Source of the DNA: an uncultured archaeon
GTDB lineage: Archaea; Asgardarchaeota; Lokiarchaeia; Sigyniarchaeales; Promethearchaeaceae
Direction of reading: 5' to 3'
Assembly: GCA_964426185.1 (NCBI GenBank)
Contig: CAYRPF010000006.1
Coordinates: 30,001 to 62,000 of the forward strand
Length of the DNA: 32,000 nt
The notes beneath the pieces were generated by a model. It ran no database searches. It was not told where the DNA came from and worked only from the letters and a program-made list of their open reading frames with translations. Positions 27,274 to 32,000 of this stretch are shown here, piece after piece (within the stretch, counting starts at the first letter, position 1; each line of letters starts with the position of its first letter). The position numbers and the translations under genes were made by a program.

Positions 27274-28545
27274 TTAACCCATTTCCGCTTCTGAAACAAG
27301 TTTAATGATTTTTTCGGTTTCTTTAGCGAGTTTCTTAGGTAAAGGACTGGTATCTACATCTAAAAATCCGCTTACAATTAAATTTATACTTTCACTTTCA
27401 GAAAGTCCGCGACTCATTAAATATTCAATATGATCATCTGCAATTTTTCCCACTGAGGCTTCATGTGTTAGGGTGACTTGTGGATTTCTTGCTTGGATTT
27501 CAGGAATAGAGTCTACTCGTGAATGATCCGAGAGAATAAGGGCAGAACAATCGATGTGACCTGTAACATCTTTACCATCTCCAATAATAGTTCCCCTCGC
27601 TTTCACATGAGCGCTATCGATTGCTAAAACACGAGAAATTAATTCTGCTTTAGAGCCTTCTCCGATTAAGTGCGCGGTGGCACCTGTATCAAAATAACTG
27701 TTTCCCTTACCATAGATTAGTGTTTGACCGTAGTAAGAAGAATTTTTTCCAACAAGATTGATTACTGGATTAGTTTGCAAATTTCGTACTGCGGACATGA
27801 CGATATAGAAATTGGAAAACTCAGCATTGTCTTCTAATATTATTCCCGTACGGGGGCGAACATTGGTATCGTCTGCCCAATTATGCACCATTGTAAATGA
27901 TACTCGCGCATTTTTCTTCACATAAAATTCAGAAACGCCTAAATGTAAGGCTTTACGGGCGATTCTATGGGTTGAACAGCCAGTAATGATATCTAATTCT
28001 GAACCCTCCTCTGCAATAATAATGTTATGCACGACTTGTTTCATGCCTGGGAGGTTAACAAATAAACATGATTGCAATGGAAATACCGTTTTTCGGTCTT
28101 TTTTGGCGTAAATAAAATATCCTTGAGAAATCTCTTGAATCGCAGCTTCGGCAGTATATTGATCTTTATCGTATGGAACTGCTTTCCATAAATAGTCTTG
28201 CAAATTAAGTTTTCCATCTGTTCCATCATATTTTTTTAAAGCTTCTTTAATGGGGAGCAATTCTATTCCAGGAGTATTGCTAACACAGAGATCATACTTA
28301 TTACCAGTTTGCAAATAGAGACCACTTTTTTTCTCATTAACGTCTATCCCAACTTTATCCATTGATTCCTTTAGATCTTCGGGAATTTCTTCTTCTGAAT
28401 GCAAAGTTCCTTCAGGTTTTCCTTCATCTCCTAAAGTATAATCATTCAAGTTAATTCCATCGTTATTTTGTTGTTTGGCTCGTTCTAAAACCTTGTGCGC
28501 TTTATCCTTGATTTGGTCTGGTGAATCTTTTGTTTTCATGTTCAT
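27274..28545 (-). CDS. sufB: Fe-S cluster scaffold SufB/SufBD (SmsB-type)
   Basis: FPLQSCL, QVVHNIIIAEEGSELDIITGC, HLGVSEFYV, FTMVHNW, GHIDCSAL, LTHEASVGKI...IEYLMSRGL. Confidence 0.95.
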   Translation of the reverse strand: MNMKTKDSPDQIKDKAHKVLERAKQQNNDGINLNDYTLGDEGKPEGTLHSEEEIPEDLKESMDKVGIDVNEKKSGLYLQTGNKYDLCVSNTPGIELLPIKEALKKYDGTDGKLNLQDYLWKAVPYDKDQYTAEAAIQEISQGYFIYAKKDRKTVFPLQSCLFVNLPGMKQVVHNIIIAEEGSELDIITGCSTHRIARKALHLGVSEFYVKKNARVSFTMVHNWADDTNVRPRTGIILEDNAEFSNFYIVMSAVRNLQTNPVINLVGKNSSYYGQTLIYGKGNSYFDTGATAHLIGEGSKAELISRVLAIDSAHVKARGTIIGDGKDVTGHIDCSALILSDHSRVDSIPEIQARNPQVTLTHEASVGKIADDHIEYLMSRGLSESESINLIVSGFLDVDTSPLPKKLAKETEKIIKLVSEAEMG

Positions 28546-29357
28546 AGTGTAAAATCAACCTCTTTCAATAATGAAGAATTTTCCACGCAGCTAACACATT
28601 CACGACAAGCCTCAAACCCATTTTTCATAATAGAATTAATAATCAAAGCGGGATCTCCTGAACATGTTATTGTTCCATCCATCATTATATGGGCACGTGT
28701 GATATGGCCGAGAAATTTTAAAATATAACCTAAATGTGTAATGATTAAACCAGATTTACCTTGTTTCGATGGAATTTTATCACGATCGAGCAATTCTCTC
28801 ATAATTTTTGCAATTAATTCAACGTTTTCCACATCTACACCTGAATCTGGTTCATCAAACAAGAGTAAATCTGGCTTTAAAACCATCATTTGGAGGATTT
28901 CTGAGCGTTTAACTTCACCTCCGCTAAATCCCAGATTTACATCTCGATTTATGTATTCTGGGGAAAATTTAAGCCTAGTTGCGAGTTGCTGTATGTCGGA
29001 AGATAATTCATCGGTGCATTCTGTGTTATTTCCTCTTTTTTCGCTGCAAACCGTTAGTAATTTAGAAAGTTTAAGCCCATTAATCGCGGGAGGGTGTTGA
29101 AAAAGAACACCGATCCCCATTTGGATTCGTTCATTTGTAGGTAAATTGGTTATATCTTTATCTTTAAAGAAGATGTGACCGTTAACCACCTTATAATTTT
29201 TAAATCCTAAAATAGTTTTTATCAAAGTTGTTTTTCCAGCTCCATTTGGTCCGAGTAAAACATGAACTTCTCCTTTTTCGATATTTAAATTAAAATCTTT
29301 TAAAATTAGTTTGCCTCTTACTTCAACGGCTAACTTTTCTATTCGCAACCACGACAT
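28542..29357 (-). CDS. sufC: Fe-S assembly ABC ATPase SufC (SmsC-type)
   Basis: Walker A GPNGAGKT, FQHPP, RDVNLGFSGGEVKRSEILQ, FDEPDSGVD, IITH, and C-terminal CRECVSC. ATGA overlap with sufB. Confidence 0.95.
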   Translation of the reverse strand: MSWLRIEKLAVEVRGKLILKDFNLNIEKGEVHVLLGPNGAGKTTLIKTILGFKNYKVVNGHIFFKDKDITNLPTNERIQMGIGVLFQHPPAINGLKLSKLLTVCSEKRGNNTECTDELSSDIQQLATRLKFSPEYINRDVNLGFSGGEVKRSEILQMMVLKPDLLLFDEPDSGVDVENVELIAKIMRELLDRDKIPSKQGKSGLIITHLGYILKFLGHITRAHIMMDGTITCSGDPALIINSIMKNGFEACRECVSCVENSSLLKEVDFTL

Positions 29358-29583
29358 TTAAATTCATTTTAAATAAGTTCGCGTTCAGTATAAAAATTAT
29401 GATTATGGAAATTTGACCAAGTAAAATTATATCCTTATTCTAATAAATTATGTCGGCGATTATCCTATTAAAGGTATATTCCTTTCTTAACAATGAACTT
29501 CAAATAAGAATTCGAGTTACATTAATACATTGGAAAAAAACTCCATTTTCCCAGAATGCCGACTTTATTCGGCGCAAATAAAA

Positions 29584-29588
29584 GGAGG
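29584..29588 (+). promoter_or_regulatory. Shine-Dalgarno site of nrdJ
   Basis: GGAGG within aaaggaggga, 8 nt upstream of ATG 29597. Confidence 0.7.
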
Positions 29589-29596
29589 GAGATTAT

Positions 29597-32000
29597 ATGG
29601 TTCAATCAATACCACCCAAAAATAACGACATTTTATTTTCATTGCAGAAAATATTCCCCCGACATGTAAAAAATGCAAGGGGATCACTGAAACCCTTTAA
29701 TCCCGATAAAATGGTTGAAAGCTTAAATAAAGAAACAGGATTAGATTGGAATGAATGCATCGAAGTGGTCAAAGATTCACTCAAAAGAATTACAATTTTA
29801 GGACTGGTTACCATCCAAACTTCCATGATTCGTGAAATTATGTGTTTAGACTTGTTAGCTCGAGGCCATGAACGAGAGCGTAATATTTATGCCAAACTGA
29901 TTAATCGGAGTGTCATCAAATTTCAGTTAGATCCTAAATTTATGGAAAAATACAAAGGAAAACAACCAGAGTGGGGTCCTTTAGGCTATATTACCTACAA
30001 ACGGACTTATGCACGTTATATTGTAGCTGAAAACCGCACCGAGGAATTCTATGAAACTGTTCAGCGTGTAGTCGAAGGTGTTTATAGCATTCAGAAAGAA
30101 CATTGTTACAATTTAGGTCTACCTTGGGATCCAGAAAAAGCTCAGAAATCTGCTCAGCGCATGTTTGAAAAGATATGGAATTTTCGATTTTTACCTCCAG
30201 GTCGAGGTTTATGGATGATGGGTACCGAATTCATTGATAAACATGGTTCCATGGCTTTAAATAACTGCGGTTTTGTATCCACGGAAGATATTGTTATTAA
30301 AAAGACCAAAGCTTTCGAATGGTTGATGGATGCACTGATGCTGGGTGTGGGGGTAGGATTTGACACTAAGGGTGCTGGAAAACTCGTGATCCAAAATCCT
30401 AAGAATGAGACATTTTTATTTGAGGTCCCAGATAGTCGAGAAGGTTGGGTTCAAGCCCTTAGACATTTATTAACCGCTTATTTTGAGGGTGAAGCAATGC
30501 CAATTTTCGACTTTTCCAAAGTCCGTCCAGCTGGTACTCCTATCCGTGGATTCGGAGGTGTAGCTTCTGGACCTGAACCATTGAAGGAAATGCTGGATAG
30601 TCAAAAAGAATTATTAGATAAACGTATTGGAAAAACTCTTTCATCTGTAGATATAGTAGATATGATGAATTTAATCGGAAAATGTGTGGTGGCTGGAAAT
30701 GTGCGCAGATCTGCAGAAATTGCCTTAGGAGAAATTGATGATGAAGAGTATATCAGTTGCAAACAGGATCAAAAAGCTTTATATCATCACCGATGGGCTT
30801 CTAACAACAGTATCATCGGCCGTAAGGGAATGAATTACGATAAAATTATTGATTCTATAGCAAAAAATGGAGAACCTGGAATTATTTGGTTGGAAAACTC
30901 ACAAGCATTCAGTAGAATGGGAAGAGCTCCTGATTATAAAGATAAAAAAGCTGTTGGTGTGAACCCATGTGGAGAACAGACTTTGGAATCATTTGAACTT
31001 TGCTGCTTAGTTGAAACATTTCCTTCTTTGCATGAATCCTATGAAGAATTTGAAGAAACATTAAAATATGCCTATCTTTATGCAAAATCCGTAACCTTAG
31101 TTAATGTACACTGGAATGAGACTAATGCGGTAATGGGAAAAAACAGAAGGATTGGAACCAGTCAAACTGGAATTATTGACGCATTCGCTCGTCATGGCCG
31201 TCGTACTATCTTGGAGTGGTCGGATAAGGGTTATCAATTTTTACGTAAATTGGATGAGCAATATTCAGATTTCTTCTGCGTGCCTCAATCGATCAAAATT
31301 ACAACGGTAAAACCAAGTGGCACTGTTAGTTTACTGCCCGGTGTGGCACCTGGGATTCATTACCCTCATTCTGAGTACTATATCCGCCGTATTCGGATTT
31401 CTAAAGAGTCTACTTTGATAGACCTTTTAAGAGAAGCGAATTATCACATAGAACCCGATGCATATTCAGATAATAGTTTTGTTGTTGAATTTCCAATTCA
31501 TGAGAAGAATTTTCTTCGAGCAAAAAAGGATGTTTCAATTTGGGAGCAATTGGCTAATGCCATAGATTATCAACATTATTGGAGCGATAATCAAGTTTCT
31601 ATTACCGTTACATTCAAAAAAGAAGAAGTCAAAGATCTCAAATATGCCTTACAATTCGTGGAAGATAAAGTAAAAGGATTAAGCTTGCTTCCACTCACTG
31701 ATTCGGGTTATAAACAAATGCCATATGAGGAGATTACTAAAGAAGAATTTGAAAAGCGAGTTGCAAAAATAAAACCCATTAAAACATGGATTACTCATGA
31801 AAAGTCCGTTGGAACAATTTATTGCGATGGCGACAGCTGCCATCAAGTAGACGAAGCAGCAGTTCTCCGAGAAATGGAGAACCTTTTAAATGAACGAATT
31901 CCTGCGGTAGAAAATATTTCTTCCGAATCTTTTGGATTTAATGTAAAAAATGGAGTAATTCTTGAAGTTGGGCTCTACAATAAACACCTTAAAGCATTAC
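29597..32000 (+). CDS. nrdJ: Class II adenosylcobalamin-dependent ribonucleoside-triphosphate reductase (monomeric NrdJm/RTPR type) with an N-terminal ATP cone and a C-terminal extension; truncated by the window end
   Basis: Manual translation, open to the edge and absent from the ORF track: WGPLGYITYKRTYAR, FLPPGRGLWMMG, LNNCGF, LMLGVGVGFD, DSREGW, GFGGVASGPEPL, CVVAGNVRRSAEI, RWASNNS, NPCGEQ (30962-30979), ELCCLVE, TTVKPSGTVSLL, WSDNQVSITV, YKQMPYEEI, YCDGDSC (Cys pair 31823-31840). Confidence 0.95.
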   Translation, partial: MVQSIPPKNNDILFSLQKIFPRHVKNARGSLKPFNPDKMVESLNKETGLDWNECIEVVKDSLKRITILGLVTIQTSMIREIMCLDLLARGHERERNIYAKLINRSVIKFQLDPKFMEKYKGKQPEWGPLGYITYKRTYARYIVAENRTEEFYETVQRVVEGVYSIQKEHCYNLGLPWDPEKAQKSAQRMFEKIWNFRFLPPGRGLWMMGTEFIDKHGSMALNNCGFVSTEDIVIKKTKAFEWLMDALMLGVGVGFDTKGAGKLVIQNPKNETFLFEVPDSREGWVQALRHLLTAYFEGEAMPIFDFSKVRPAGTPIRGFGGVASGPEPLKEMLDSQKELLDKRIGKTLSSVDIVDMMNLIGKCVVAGNVRRSAEIALGEIDDEEYISCKQDQKALYHHRWASNNSIIGRKGMNYDKIIDSIAKNGEPGIIWLENSQAFSRMGRAPDYKDKKAVGVNPCGEQTLESFELCCLVETFPSLHESYEEFEETLKYAYLYAKSVTLVNVHWNETNAVMGKNRRIGTSQTGIIDAFARHGRRTILEWSDKGYQFLRKLDEQYSDFFCVPQSIKITTVKPSGTVSLLPGVAPGIHYPHSEYYIRRIRISKESTLIDLLREANYHIEPDAYSDNSFVVEFPIHEKNFLRAKKDVSIWEQLANAIDYQHYWSDNQVSITVTFKKEEVKDLKYALQFVEDKVKGLSLLPLTDSGYKQMPYEEITKEEFEKRVAKIKPIKTWITHEKSVGTIYCDGDSCHQVDEAAVLREMENLLNERIPAVENISSESFGFNVKNGVILEVGLYNKHLKAL

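Noticed and set aside
4328-30366. Short 60-125 aa ORFs overlapping longer genes (e.g. 4328, 4813, 9899, 10639, 11183, 13497, 14212, 16881, 18011, 19135, 19951, 21717, 22874, 24043, 24797, 24945, 26276, 28041, 28741, 29602, 30154)
   Set aside because: They lie antisense or out of frame within well-supported genes and have no recognisable motifs; 29602 and 30154 are antisense shadows of nrdJ.
29597-32000. Intein or intron in nrdJ
   Set aside because: The core motifs are contiguous (NPCGEQ intact, normal spacing), with no intein C/S...HN boundaries or LAGLIDADG motifs in the visible part.
1-32000. CRISPR arrays, transposases, prophage or defence genes
   Set aside because: No regularly spaced direct repeats, and no transposase, integrase, capsid or nuclease motifs were recognised.

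Overview
AT-rich archaeal chromosomal window, most likely Asgard/Lokiarchaeia (inferred from gins23, rpl21e-rpo4-DUF655-rsmA-hemK, sufCB, and Loki-style TPR, HEAT, Zn-finger and LRR-cap proteins). About 24 CDSs; no rRNA, tRNA, CRISPR array or transposase was recognised. The main candidate system is a tightly packed minus-strand operon (22306 down to 16675). It holds one intact and one catalytically degenerate PlsC-type acyltransferase, then a split three-gene activase/DUF2229/HGD-D module with the domain content of the bacterial plasmalogen synthase PlsAR and glycerol ester reductase Ger, then a 68-aa ORF. This suggests bacterial-type acyl-ester to ether lipid synthesis in an archaeon. The second highlight is missing from the ORF track: a monomeric-type class II (B12) ribonucleotide reductase (29597 to beyond 32000) with an N-terminal ATP cone. 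It reads in frame past its usual terminal CDGDSC motif into what looks like the start of a leucine-rich-repeat domain. Also noted: a polytopic membrane-HEAT fusion, two large surface proteins and two structured intergenic elements. All family calls come from reading motifs by eye; no searches were run.
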